A DNA stretch of 59,223 bases, counting the filler, from Asterionella formosa (lineage: Eukaryota): assembly GCA_002256025.1 (NCBI GenBank). It is 4 parts of 4 records of this genome, joined end to end, with 100 filler letters (N's around TTAATTAATTAA, not from the genome) between each part and the next. Parts side by side here need not be neighbours in the genome. Positions count along the whole stretch, not along the records: positions 1 to 14,735 come from NKIB01005782.1; positions 14,836 to 29,566 come from NKIB01005790.1; 2 more parts are not named here. One strand, given 5' to 3'. Shown one piece after another: positions 11,482 through 23,360 of this stretch. The notes under the pieces were generated by a model that saw only the letters and a list, made by a program, of their open reading frames with translations, was not told the DNA's origin and did not search any database. A program made the position numbers and the translations under genes. Numbering within the stretch: position 1 is the first letter of the stretch; each line of letters starts with the position of its first letter.

Positions 11482-11969
11482 CTAGGGCGAATATTTGAGA
11501 TTGACGACGCGCGGGTTTTGATATGGGCGTACCATATCGTCTTGCAGCACTTGCAGTCGACATCATTTGGTTGTTGGCGAGGAGGATGAAGAATGGGCTT
11601 AAGCTTGACTTTGGAAGGTGATGATACTGATTTGTTTCAACCATTAACAAAAATGAACGTGATGACTTCTATGCCTCCAAGTCCTCAAAGCGTAGTTCCG
11701 CACTCTATAGATACGTACGAAACAAGCGCTTTCACAGTTATGCGTAGGAGTACAAAAGATTTGCTCGTTTGTTGCAGTTATGTAGTGTCCTCGAATGAGT
11801 TGGTTCTCAACCTCCTTCGTAACTACACTTTTCAAGCATGAAAAATTACTCCACATCGTGCGTGCACCTTCTTTTGAGAAGATGTTGTTTTCATGGAATC
11901 TATTGTGTTATTAATTTGTGGGTGATCTATGCATGCTGTATTTACCGATAATAGTGGCCAATACTTGTT

Positions 11970-14609
11970 TCAAGGTAATGTCAATACTTCAACTGTGAGC
12001 ACCCAGAAAATTGTCCCGACATATAGCCCAAATGGATTTGTGCCAGTGCCCATTTCGCCCGCGGTTTGTTGCTCCTGATAGACAATTCTTCCGAGTACGT
12101 AGTCTGGGGTCCCTTCAATGTTATCCGTGCACAGATAACGATGCGGACAGTTCGTATGGAAGGCAAGATAAGTGCGCTTGCCTCCAGAACCACGCCCGGT
12201 AGGCATGAAAAGACCAACATCCCCGGTGACGAAACTGGAGTGACTTATTTTGTCACTGAGTGTCGTTTCTGTCTGCTTCACCAGCATCGCCTGCGCAAGC
12301 TTCTCCCGCTGCTTCGCATCCTCCAACTCCTTGCGCAATCTCAATAATTCTTTTCCTCTTGGATCGTTCTCGTCTTTGGTCTGCGCTTCCTCAATATAGG
12401 TGCGGGGAGTCTTCTGGCCCATCTTCTCAAGCGTTTGTCGAAGCACCGCGTTCTCATAAGCAAGAGTTTTGCGTTCTGCATCAGCAGCCGCCCCACCAGA
12501 TGGTTCAATGATCAAATCCTCCCCGGTTTGATCATCAGCGCTTACAATTAATTGCTCCTGGATGTGGAGATTATCCGGGCACATATTATCATCAGCCGGT
12601 GAATGGCTAGCTGCTGTCAATGATGACGCAGTACTTATCCCACCACCCTGCATATGAGCGTCTGACGATGAACCTCCAACAGTATCAGCAGGACCCACAT
12701 CCGGAAGTGTATCCATCTCAACCATTGCAGGCAGCTGCGGAGTGAATAAAGGCGGAGGGGTCGTCAAAGTAGGCGCGAAAATCTCGAAAAAAGGAGGCAT
12801 TAAGTGCCTACCAGAACCACGCAAAAACTTCTCTCTTGCTTTAAGTTCGTCTCCCCTCATTGAGGCCAAACGTTCCATCATGGCAGTTGACGATGAAGTC
12901 ACGGCAGCACCATACGCCCTTCGTCGACGAATTTCAGATAAAAAGTCTCGATAAGAATCAGGAAGTTCTGCAACATGTTCTAAATGTCCCATATTCTCCG
13001 AATGCTGATTGAGCGCCTCGCGCAGAACTGTCACACTGGAAGTCACCCGTTGGATTGCTGATTGTGACACGCTAACTTCGCGCAGGCGGACTTTCATTCT
13101 CTTCATGGCTTCTGTCTTTGACGTTGCTACTTTCTGCATCAACTGAGCAAGGTCTTCGTCGTCTTTCAGCATCGCGGGCAAAATTTCGTGTGATGACTTT
13201 GACATGTCCTCGAGCGTGGCAAACGCGGCTTGAGCACCCGCTCCTGTGATCGCATCCATGACAACCTTCACTACTTGACTATGATCCGAGGTAAGTTTGT
13301 CTAGTCGTTGTGCCTGAAGATCGCGAATGTGTTGTCCTATCGTTTCGACTTCGTTCCATAGACTCTTTATAGCGGATTCACCTTGCAAATCCATTCTTGC
13401 TTCTTCTTCGCGAGTCGCTGTGGTACCTAGAACACTGAATGACGAGTCCAAATCTGCAAACATTGCCAATAAACGCTGGTGAGACGTCTGGCACTGACTC
13501 GCCCATGCACGCTCCCGCTCGACAGGTACTGTGTCTAGGAGCGTTTCCATGACTCTTCCGGATGCCCGGGCTATTGATACCAGCGATGAATGAAGCATTA
13601 TACTGGACAACGAAGTCAAAATAGACTCAAATCTTTGCAATAATGATCCATGTGCGGACATTTTGGTTTGAAACTCCGTTGAAAATTCAGATCGTAACCT
13701 CAAAGTACTGTTGAAATGAACAGAAAGATTGGACACAGCTGCTCGGAGAGCCCTTGCCATTATGGCTTGTTCTGAAACACAGGTCTGACAAGCTGAGAGT
13801 CTTAAATCAGCTCCATCTGCTAGGACGCGACCACTGTCCAAGTTTAACATAAAGCGTCGTTCATAAACTTGAAGCGCCTGGTGCAAGGGTGAATTAGATG
13901 GTTCACCAAATTGCAGTGGACTAGGTCCTGGTTCTGCAGGCAACCTCAAAATCAAAGGTTCGAGAATACACGCAGGTGGATCAGGTGCTTGTTCTGACAA
14001 GGCTCTCTTCGAAAAAAGAAAGAGCCGACGTGCCCCTGAGCCCTCAGTCGTGGACAATGTTCCCTCTGCATCACTGTCCTCAATATCACCCAAGTGCAGC
14101 GAATTCAGAACGTCATCCGACTGAAACGTGGAATCTTTTGGTACTTTGTACGGCGGTCCTAGCAACAGAATTTGATCAGGTATTGGAATAGCTGCAGCTA
14201 AATGGCGCCGAATATTGGAAATACTGTAAATTGAGAGAAGCAGATTCAAAACGAGTCAGCAGAGACGTTAACAGTATCTTTTTTGCAAAGAATTCCATAT
14301 CATTTTGTTCGAAGGGGCGCTCCAAACAACTAAAAAACCGAAAATGGCGCTGTGCTCAGTCATAAAAGAGCGTTGCTTCACAATGAAGTAAAGTCCTCGT
14401 CGTAATCACCACCATCTGCAGTAGCTACCGTTGACTCAACCCGAAAGCGATCACAGGTGATGGAAGAACCCGGAATTAAAGAACATGAAGAAAACTCACC
14501 TCAATTCAGACGAATGCAAAGCAATGTGGTAACAAACTCCAGTACTCGCTGAGAGCACACGTATGTGCTTGATCTGGCCGCTGGACGCCGCCATCATGGT
14601 CGATGACAT
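11970..14609 (-). CDS. ATG11: Autophagy protein ATG11 / RB1CC1(FIP200)-like, 2 exons (14609-14500, 14223-11970)
   Basis: N-terminal ubiquitin-like segment (HIRVLSASTG...IPIPDQILL...LFLFSK), long coiled coil with SEIRRRR, and C-terminal claw-type motif KISHSSF..GDVGLF...NCPHRYL...YVLGRIV...NPFGL. The GTGAGT...TTACAG intron restores frame. Confidence 0.82.
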
Positions 14610-14735
14610 CAGGAAAGGCAGAGTTCGGAATAGAAGAGTTTGTTTTGTTGAGGCTTTCGTGTTTTGCTTGACAGTCTGGGCTGGCTAAAGCACAACGGTT
14701 TTTAGGGTTTCGAGATATGGAAGTTCAGCCAATTC

Positions 14736-14835
14736 NNNNNNNNNNNNNNNNNNNNNNNNNNNNNNNNNNNNNNNNNNNNTTAATTAATTAANNNNNNNNN
14801 NNNNNNNNNNNNNNNNNNNNNNNNNNNNNNNNNNN
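14736..14835. other. Artificial 100-nt scaffold linker (N44-TTAATTAATTAA-N44)
   Basis: All-frame stop linker flanked by Ns, identical at three sites. Confidence 0.97.
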
Positions 14836-15763
14836 TCAGGTTACTAGCCCATTTCATGACCCACTTCAAACCCAACATGATTTTCGATGCCTTTTGACAT
14901 CTAGACCATCAGGTTAGCCCCTCCATGGTAGACATTGAAACCGACTTGATTGTTGATGCCAGTAACTAGTCTCACACCATCTTGGTTGACATCTAGACCA
15001 ACAAATGAGTCCATGTTGTGGCCAAACTAAAACTGACATTTATGCCAACAGCTGATCCCACCCCTTGGCTGAAGATCAAGAATTGGTAGAAAGGCTTAAA
15101 CCCTAATTCTAACACCAACAATAAATAACAATTTGGAAACGCAATTGGTAGAAAAACTAAAAATGGATTCCAATTTGGATCCAAATTGGCATTTCTGTGT
15201 AGCTACAATATACCTACTGGTATGTATCTTCTTTTAGCTTAACCAGATCACACCAAATTGGTTTCCATAATACCATTTCGGCAAACAAAAAGGATTTGGG
15301 ATACAGCCATGGAAAAAGAAACGAAAACCCCTTGAAATCCAAATTTGGAAACCCAATTGGGTACTTTTTCCCTCGAAATTGGGTACCGGTATACTTCTCG
15401 GCTTCGTTACCTGGTACCAGTAAAGATTATGCTACATATGTAACAAACCGTTATGTGTCGTACTAATTATGCGCACCTCACCATCTCTTTCGGGACAGAA
15501 CAACAAGATGAGATTGCCGTCTGCTGTGCATTAAATCTCCCTACCGTCACTGTTTATTGGTGGTTGCAAATTAAAAAGACTTTGGGAACTTGGAGCGTTG
15601 CATTCCTAGCACAACGATAGCGGGATACATTGAAGAAAGAACTAGCGCTTCGTCATCAACAATTATTACTTCGGTTGAAATATATTTACCTGATTTTGTT
15701 TCCATCGTGTGGTGATCAACTATTTGCCTGGAAAGAAGCCGAGCAATTCAGGGAATAATTATC

Positions 15764-16996
15764 ATGTCCTTCTCAAATGCTCGACTTGTCATTCGAAATT
15801 TGCCGTTTCATCAATCTTGCAATGTTGTAAACATTCGCCATTCGGGCAAGGATATTTGGACAATGGCCAATTTATTGAGGGAAGATTGGTTCCACGTCTT
15901 GTTACGACGTCCTACATTGTTGATCTTTTTCTCCTTGTGGGTTATTTGGACAGCGGCTATCTTAATTTTTGCTGCAATCTATCAGGCGGTAGACAACGCG
16001 TACGAGTTTACAGACTGCGGCCTATCCAGTAACTTTGGGAAGCTCAGCTTTGGGGGCTTCTTTGCCTTTAGTTTACAAACCTGCACGACCGTGGGATATG
16101 GTCTCCCTGGAAGCACGCAAGCCTTTTTTGAAAGTTGCCCTCTTATCCAAGTCGTCATTTTTTGCCAAATGACGTACAGTATGCTGTTTCATGCCTTTGC
16201 TGTTGCTCTCCTCTTTGTGCGATATGCCAGGAGTGAATCACGAGGAAATCAGGTCATTATGAGTCAAACATGTTGCATCCGAATAGAAGAAAACAGATGG
16301 ATTTTGGAAGTTCGGGTGCATGACATGGACGCAATGCACCCAATTGTCGAATCCCATGTGCGTCTCTATGCTCGAACCAAGACAAATGAGCTTGTCCTGC
16401 TTCGCACATTAAGTCCCAATGACGAAACTGGAGGAATGCTGTTCTTGGGTTGCCCATCACTGATTCGACATGAAATTGATGCCTATTCGCCATTGCACCC
16501 AACCATGTTGCACAAATTTCGATTGCCTGGAACTGGGTTGTTCCTTCGTGATGCAGATTCAAGGACAGGGAGTATTGAACAATTGGTATGTCCAATATGT
16601 TCAGAATCATATGGTGATATGGATCGGTTGCGAGCGCATGTACAATTCTTTCAAATAACTGAAGGCAAAACAGGATATCCTGTCAAAGGTTCGCATCAAT
16701 CACTAAAAGTCACTGATTTCCATGTTTCCAATCCTCCCACCCATAAGGAGATGAAAGACTCTTTTCCAGAAGAGATTCTTGTGGTGGTTGAAGGGATTGA
16801 GCCACTCCAGTCTGGAACTTTTCAATCTTTGCAGTCTTACAAAATGGAGGATGTTTCATGGGGTGGCCGCTTTGCAGATTGTGTATTTACTGGAGAGACT
16901 ACTGGAAGTACTGTTGTGGTGAATTTAAAAGCATTTCATCAAGTACACATGGATGAGGGGGCATTGGGAATTGTCCATGTTGACAAGCAGGATTGA
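15764..16996 (+). CDS. Inward-rectifier (Kir-like) K+ channel, paralog A, with zinc-finger-like insertion
   Basis: Slide helix DWFHVLL, M1, TDCG, pore FAFSLQTCTTVGYG, CP, M2 and cytoplasmic EILVVVEGIEPLQSGTFQSLQSY....WG.RF. Confidence 0.88.
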   Translation: MSFSNARLVIRNLPFHQSCNVVNIRHSGKDIWTMANLLREDWFHVLLRRPTLLIFFSLWVIWTAAILIFAAIYQAVDNAYEFTDCGLSSNFGKLSFGGFFAFSLQTCTTVGYGLPGSTQAFFESCPLIQVVIFCQMTYSMLFHAFAVALLFVRYARSESRGNQVIMSQTCCIRIEENRWILEVRVHDMDAMHPIVESHVRLYARTKTNELVLLRTLSPNDETGGMLFLGCPSLIRHEIDAYSPLHPTMLHKFRLPGTGLFLRDADSRTGSIEQLVCPICSESYGDMDRLRAHVQFFQITEGKTGYPVKGSHQSLKVTDFHVSNPPTHKEMKDSFPEEILVVVEGIEPLQSGTFQSLQSYKMEDVSWGGRFADCVFTGETTGSTVVVNLKAFHQVHMDEGALGIVHVDKQD

Positions 16997-17842
16997 GGGC
17001 ATTTTTCCTGAATTATTTGAAATGTTGATTGATGATGATTGTACTTGATAATTGCATGGTGGAACAATTGATATGCAGGCCACCCCTTCTTGATAACAGT
17101 ACATAAAGCATGAAGTCAAATTTCGCACATGTCTTTGTTTCGTGTTTGAGGCTAAATGGAACTATCATAAAACACATCACTATATCTGGTAAAATATCAT
17201 TTATGGTTTTTAAAAGAACCTATCTTTTGGTCTTTATGTACCGGGTAGGAGAAACCCAGGGAAAAAGGCACTATAGGGGGGCGGATGTGCAGTTTAACAC
17301 CATGCAATAAATATATACCAGTAGTATGTACCTGCATTCGTCTACCATTATCATTTCTAAATTTACATCAGCATTTTTTATATATATATATATTTGTAAT
17401 AAAGGGGCTTTCTTGTGGAGGGTATCAATCAAATATGTGCTTTCGCAAAGAGAATTCTGTTACCCCTCTGATAAATTCAAATGATATAAGGAATATATTC
17501 CTATATACTGGCATACAATATATCAAAAATAGAAGTGAAAATTTAGCAGCAGTAAAATACCAGAAAGCGTCTGATGCTTCCAAGAGGCACATGGATGGAC
17601 AACATCAGTTCAGCTGGCTGTTATTAGACTACCGGCACCAGCAGTCTACATCTTGATAGAGGAAGGAGGGATCGGGTAATACTTCTGGTACCACATTCTC
17701 ATCGCTCAACGAAAGATCAAATCGTCCTCAACGACCGCACGAAACATCATTTTAACGATTAAAAGTGAAGTGTTAAATGCAGAAGAATTTGTGAAAAGAA
17801 GAACTCTATTTATCGAAAAAGTGATAAACTGGATCAATCATC

Positions 17843-19072
17843 ATGGCTTCATCGAGCGCTCGACTGATCCTGCGAAATTTGCCATTTCATCAATCTCGCA
17901 ATGTTGTAAGCATCCGTCATTCAGGAAAGGATGCCTTGCAGATGGCTAGTTTATTGAAGGAAGATTGGCTTCACGTCATGTTGCGACTTCCCACTGCGGT
18001 AACCATGTTCGGCTTGTTAACCATTTGGGCTGCATCCATTTTCGTATTTGCTGCCATTTATCAGGCGGTAGACAATGCATACGAGTTTACAGACTGCGGC
18101 CTATCCAGTAGCTTTGGGAAGCTCAGCTTTGGGGGCTTCTTTGCCTTTAGTTTGCAAACCTGCACGACTGTGGGGTACACGTTGCCTGGCAGTACACAGG
18201 CTTTCTTTAAGAACTGCCCCGCCGTACAGATTGTCATTTACTTCCAAATGTTGTTTAGCCTTAGTCTAAATGCCTTTCTATTTTCTTTCTTTTTTGCAAG
18301 ATTGGCCAGGAGTGAAGCGAGAGGAGCTCAAGTCATTATGGGTCGCAATTGTTGCATCCGAACAGAAGGAAATAAATGGGTTTTGGAAATTCGGGTACAT
18401 GATACAGACGCTATGCATCCCATTGTCGAATCACATGTAAGACTCTATGCCCGAACCAAGACAAACGAACTTATTCGTTTGCGTACCATTAGTCCAAACG
18501 ACGAGACTGGAGCCATGTTGTTTTTTTCTTGGCCGTCCATTGTTCGGCACGAGATCGACGCGTATTCAGCGTTACATCCAAACATGCTGCACAAGTTTCG
18601 ATTGCCTGGAACTGGGTTGTTCCTTCGTGAAGCCGATTCTAGAACAGGTAATGTTGAACAAATAATATGTCCAATCTGTTCTGAATCGTATGGTGAAATT
18701 GATCGCCTGAGAGCGCACGTGCAATACAACCAATTGGTTGAAACATTTGACAATATTCCTGTCCAAGGTTCGCATCAATCTCTCAAAGTCGAAGATTTTT
18801 TAAATCCTCGCCCTCCTACCCTTCAAGAAATGAAAGAATCTTTTCCAGAGGAGATTCTGGTAATTGTGGAAGGCATTGAGCCGCTCATGTCGGGGACGTT
18901 TCAATCAATGCAGTCCTACAAATTTGAGGACGTTTCATGGGGTGGCCGCTTTGCCGATTGCATTATTACTGAGGAAGGATCCACAGTTTTTGTGAATCTT
19001 GAAACGTTTCATAAAATAGATGTTGATGAGGAGACACAAGGAAAGGTTCATGATGAGGAGAAAAACGATTGA
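17843..19072 (+). CDS. Inward-rectifier (Kir-like) channel, paralog B (filter TVGYT)
   Basis: Tandem paralog of 15764-16996 with the same architecture. Pore reads FAFSLQTCTTVGYT. Confidence 0.88.
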   Translation: MASSSARLILRNLPFHQSRNVVSIRHSGKDALQMASLLKEDWLHVMLRLPTAVTMFGLLTIWAASIFVFAAIYQAVDNAYEFTDCGLSSSFGKLSFGGFFAFSLQTCTTVGYTLPGSTQAFFKNCPAVQIVIYFQMLFSLSLNAFLFSFFFARLARSEARGAQVIMGRNCCIRTEGNKWVLEIRVHDTDAMHPIVESHVRLYARTKTNELIRLRTISPNDETGAMLFFSWPSIVRHEIDAYSALHPNMLHKFRLPGTGLFLREADSRTGNVEQIICPICSESYGEIDRLRAHVQYNQLVETFDNIPVQGSHQSLKVEDFLNPRPPTLQEMKESFPEEILVIVEGIEPLMSGTFQSMQSYKFEDVSWGGRFADCIITEEGSTVFVNLETFHKIDVDEETQGKVHDEEKND

Positions 19073-19760
19073 AGGTTCACCACTAGCTTGAAAGACAGTT
19101 GTTAACGGAGCGAATAGGCAAATGAAGTTTGCTTACTTGCAATGGATGGATGGATGGAGTTCCCCCTTGTCCTTGTACAATTAACTTTAATATCCCACGT
19201 TCGACCTATAGAAACAACAGTGAACACGGAAATAGGAATTCTACGTAAATGTTCTCAAATTTGGATTCCTTGTAAATTGTCAAACCATGGTCGATTATTA
19301 CATAAAGAGTAAACAGAGCAATAATTGACAACAATATATGCAACGGTGGTCACCAAACAGGTATTTTGGTCGATATCTCGTGGAAATCTCGGTTTAGGGC
19401 ACATTCTGGAAAAGTACCTACCTGCAGTCTGCGAAATAAGATACCGGTATTGTTGTACAAGTACCATGATTTGTCATGGAAATTTTTTGAGTAATAAGTA
19501 AATCAAATGGATGTGCTTCTCATCCTCATATGGGAGGTTGTGAAATTCACCTTCGCTGTCTATTTACAACAACAATACTTCAGGCAAACAAATTTCCAAC
19601 ATGCTCATTTATTGTAAATAACTTTATAACTTTATTCAGGAAATGATCTAAAGGTCTATTAAATACTAAATTGGATTTATGTATTCCCAGTTTGGACAAC
19701 GAGAACTAGCAAACATGGGCAGATGGTTGGTCAAAACAAATGTATCATTGAGAGTTATTT

Positions 19761-21266
19761 TCAAGCTGCTGGAGCAGTGGGGTGAAATCCTTGGAACTCT
19801 CGAATCATTTCGGGGCTCAACAAATATTTCCCGTCCATTCTCCTTGAGGTCTGAAGTTGTTCGTAAATTTCCCTGGCTTCGCACATGTAGACTTCGGCAT
19901 CGTGAAAAGAGCCCTGGTCCAGGAGCACCCTACCAATGGTGGAGAGTATCTCAACAATACATTCGGGTTGGGTATCGAAATCGTTCCGAACGTTATGCAG
20001 AGCCTCCTTATAGTACACTAGGGCTTGATTGAGGTCACCCAAGGCGTAGTAGAATAAGTGTCCAATGTGGCAGCAGACCGCAGCCAAGTATTGGCCAGGC
20101 AACAAAATCTGGTACACTTCTTGAAACATGTGTAGAGCATCATCAAACTTTCCACAAGCAAAGTAGGCAAGGCCAAGGTGCGTGATTGTCTCTGCAACAA
20201 GAAAGTGTTTGGGACCATGTAGGACCTTGCTCATGGTTAGGGAATGCGTCAAATACTCAATGGCTGTGGAGGTTGAATCCATGTGCAGATGAATTGAGCC
20301 ACATGTGAAGTATGCAAGTGCGAATTGCGGCATCCACTCAGGTGGGTGGTCTATAAGATTATTAGCTGAAGCTTTCAAAAGGAAGGGGGTCATGTACCGA
20401 AGAGCTTCGCTAAAACGACCCTCTGCCCGAAAGGTGAGACCAACGTTGTATTGCAAAATGGCTACTTCAAAACTTTTTTTGTCGTGCCTTTCTAGAAGAA
20501 GTTGAAGAGCCTGAATACAAAAGTAACGAGCCTTTTTCAAGTTTCCGTTTAGGTACTTGATTTGACCGATCAAGGCGAGAGTCTTGGTGACACATTTGTC
20601 CACTTCGGCCGAAAAGAATGTATGGAGAGCTTCGTACTCCAAAGATTTTATAAACGTTTGTTCGAGATGGAGCGCTTTCCTAAGAAACTGCATCGCATCA
20701 GAGGGAAGTGCCTTTGACATTTGCACTTGCGCCATGCAATTTAGTGCCATGGCTTGCGAGAGGGGATCCGATCCAATGTCGATTACCATCTGGAACAGGT
20801 TCATAGCCATGCTTAGTTTGTTCCTCTCAAGGTGTAGTAGCCCCATGTTGTGAAGTGTCAGGACGGAACCGTTCGCATCTTTTACAAACAATGGTGACAT
20901 TCTGGGCTCGACGAAAATGGTCCTGCGTTGTTGGACACCAAGGAGAGCTGGGTCGTCCGTCGTGTGAAACAGATCGAGATAGTAGGTTTTGTATTCTCCT
21001 GACGTCCCTTGAACAGCAGCTTCTTTCTGCAGAGTTATTGCACTTCGAATCGCTTGATCAAATCTTCCTTGCAAGTCTCCAGAAGGATCAAATCCACCAG
21101 ATTCAGCCTTCTTAGCATGCACATGGGTAGTCAGGGCTTCCACATACAACTTATGTGCCTCGTCATGCCGACCGAGTTTGTGATGGCAGGTTCCATTGTT
21201 GTTGAGCAACGAAGCCAACTGTCGAAATCGATCCTCGATCGAATGATTTGTTTGTGGTGACGACAT
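19761..21266 (-). CDS. Tetratricopeptide-repeat protein
   Basis: 501-aa ORF with repeated TPR units, e.g. LHNMGLLHL, VAETITHLGLAYFACGKFDDALHMFQE and GDLNQALVYYKEAL. Confidence 0.85.
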   Translation of the reverse strand: MSSPQTNHSIEDRFRQLASLLNNNGTCHHKLGRHDEAHKLYVEALTTHVHAKKAESGGFDPSGDLQGRFDQAIRSAITLQKEAAVQGTSGEYKTYYLDLFHTTDDPALLGVQQRRTIFVEPRMSPLFVKDANGSVLTLHNMGLLHLERNKLSMAMNLFQMVIDIGSDPLSQAMALNCMAQVQMSKALPSDAMQFLRKALHLEQTFIKSLEYEALHTFFSAEVDKCVTKTLALIGQIKYLNGNLKKARYFCIQALQLLLERHDKKSFEVAILQYNVGLTFRAEGRFSEALRYMTPFLLKASANNLIDHPPEWMPQFALAYFTCGSIHLHMDSTSTAIEYLTHSLTMSKVLHGPKHFLVAETITHLGLAYFACGKFDDALHMFQEVYQILLPGQYLAAVCCHIGHLFYYALGDLNQALVYYKEALHNVRNDFDTQPECIVEILSTIGRVLLDQGSFHDAEVYMCEAREIYEQLQTSRRMDGKYLLSPEMIREFQGFHPTAPAA

Positions 21267-22558
21267 GTTATAAACACTTTCGTTCTGCTGTTTGTAAATT
21301 TTGACTGAAAAGTGAGAACGAACATGAACTATGCAGCAGAAAATATTTTTTTTCGAGGCTCAGTTGGACGAACGGATCAACTGTACCGGTACTTTTATGT
21401 TCTGAGGTGGCTGATGATGAATTCAACCATGACAACTCGTTTGGAAAACTATGCTTACATAAAGCTATGCCGACCTAGAAATGACACTCTACCTAATTGG
21501 GAGAATCAATATTTTCATTCGTAAGGATATTTTCGTAATCTCGAATGACTTCTTCATGAGTGTGACATTGTCACAGGATGGTCGTTGATTTTAGCAAGCA
21601 ATAAACTATGAAAACCGATCTAAGTCATTGTTCTCTGTTTTTCGTGTAGACTTCGCGGCTGTGGTGTCTTATTTACAGGCGATATACGACATTTAACTTG
21701 GACATCCCTCTTGGCACGACTCTGTGCTTTCGACAAAGTTAGACTATGTACTATTTATTATGTAGGCAAAACTATTTAGATCCTTGTCGTCAGCTTTTCG
21801 ATCTCAACTTCGTACCGGTAGTCCTGTTGCCTACAAATAAATCATATTTTGTCGCGGCTGTGGTGTCCGTACTGACCGAACAACGATGTCACATGCGACA
21901 TCAAAATTCGTCATCATTACTGCCAAGAAGTTCATCGAAAAATGATGCAGGTGATGGAGAAGGTTCATTAACAAGAATCACACCAGGACATACCATGAGT
22001 CATCAAGGAATACCAGGTTACTACCGGTACCGAGTATCGTAGCCAACGCGTTACTGATCAGGTGAATCGTCCACTGATGGTCCTTTTCCGGTACCAGTAT
22101 GGCGATATACGGTCCATGTAAGTTTAGTGTTGTCATAGTGGTAGTCTACTACATGTTGAAAACCACTTGTTCGTATTGCAACACATCTGTGTCCATCAAA
22201 TTCTAAACCAGAGAAATTAAAAAAATAGCATAAGCTTTTCATGCTTTTGTGTGCTACTAGTCGTAATTTTGTTGACACCAGTCTTGTTTGTGATTCTGGA
22301 GACATCATTCTTCTGCTTTTTTTTAAGTGTGATCTGTTCATCATTGCTTCCAAATTCTTTTGTCTCATTGTCTAATTCTTTCGATTTGGCATCTGATTTG
22401 TTTATCTTGCCATCTGATTCTTTTGTCTTGCCATCTGCCTATATCCAACACTATACCTGAATTCATTTGATGTTCAGCAGCAATAACTGCAGTTCATTTC
22501 CTTTTAAGGCTGAGAAGATAATGAGTTTGTGATGGAATTTCTGTTAATATTAATATGC

Positions 22559-23360
22559 TATGATGTACTCCCTCTGTTCAACTATACATAACCAGTTGCA
22601 ACAATTCTTTTTATTGGCCTGCTCAATCTGCATCCTTAGCCAAAAGAAGCCCTCTGTAGAAGCAAAATGCATTTCTACATTAGACAAATGCTGGCAATGG
22701 GTCATCCGTTAGATTAGTATATTTAGGCATGTACAATGCTAAATAGCGCTACATGTGGATTGTTTGGGCAATTGATTTTTTGGCCAGCATACTGATCTGT
22801 CGTCCATGTGTTTCTAATAACTGCTATTGCTACCAAAGTGATCTAGCTAAAAAGACTAGTAACAAGCATGCATTTTTGGATAACAAATATTTTGTTCATA
22901 GCTAAGTTTGTTGCATGCCCAAACTAATGATGAGTTGGAAATCCATGTCAACAGTCTCATCAGCCTAGTACCTTTTAGGGTTGCAAAACGAGCAATTGGC
23001 AATGTATTGTCGCAGTCCTGGTGTCAAATCCTTCTTCTAAAGTCTATTGGCGGATTAATAAAGGGTTATCGAAAAAGGGAGATTTATGTCAATTGGCTGA
23101 TTTATGAAGCGAGGGTCAACGGAAAAGGGGGGGTCTGGAGTGTGCGATTCTACAAGAAACGCGCAAAGAAATTGAGGTCAGGATCACCTAATTCTAGACG
23201 ATTTAGAACATAAATTATACGCACCATTCGGTTTGGAATAATTTTGAAATAGGAAGAGTTGCTGGGTTGCTGGTCGGAGAATTATCAAAACTTGCGCTTA
23301 ATGATCGGCCAAGCCGTAAAGTTTGGTTGCAACTATAGCTGAACAGAGAAAGTATGCTAG
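22559..23360. repeat. Dispersed repeat family copy C
   Basis: Colinear similarity with 4808-5560 across about 750 nt. Confidence 0.7.

Noticed and set aside
14352..14413. Possible C/D snoRNA in the 276-nt ATG11 intron (minus strand GTGATTA...CTGA)
   Set aside because: The C box is imperfect, the span is short, the terminal stem is weak and I recognise no rRNA/snRNA guide complement.
14780..14791. TTAATTAATTAA palindrome recurring about every 14.8 kb
   Set aside because: Assembly linker flanked by fixed-length Ns, not biological periodicity.
22051..22460. Lys/Glu-rich coiled-coil-like minus-strand fragment
   Set aside because: Short, no clear start and adjacent to decayed repeat. No gene model can be supported.
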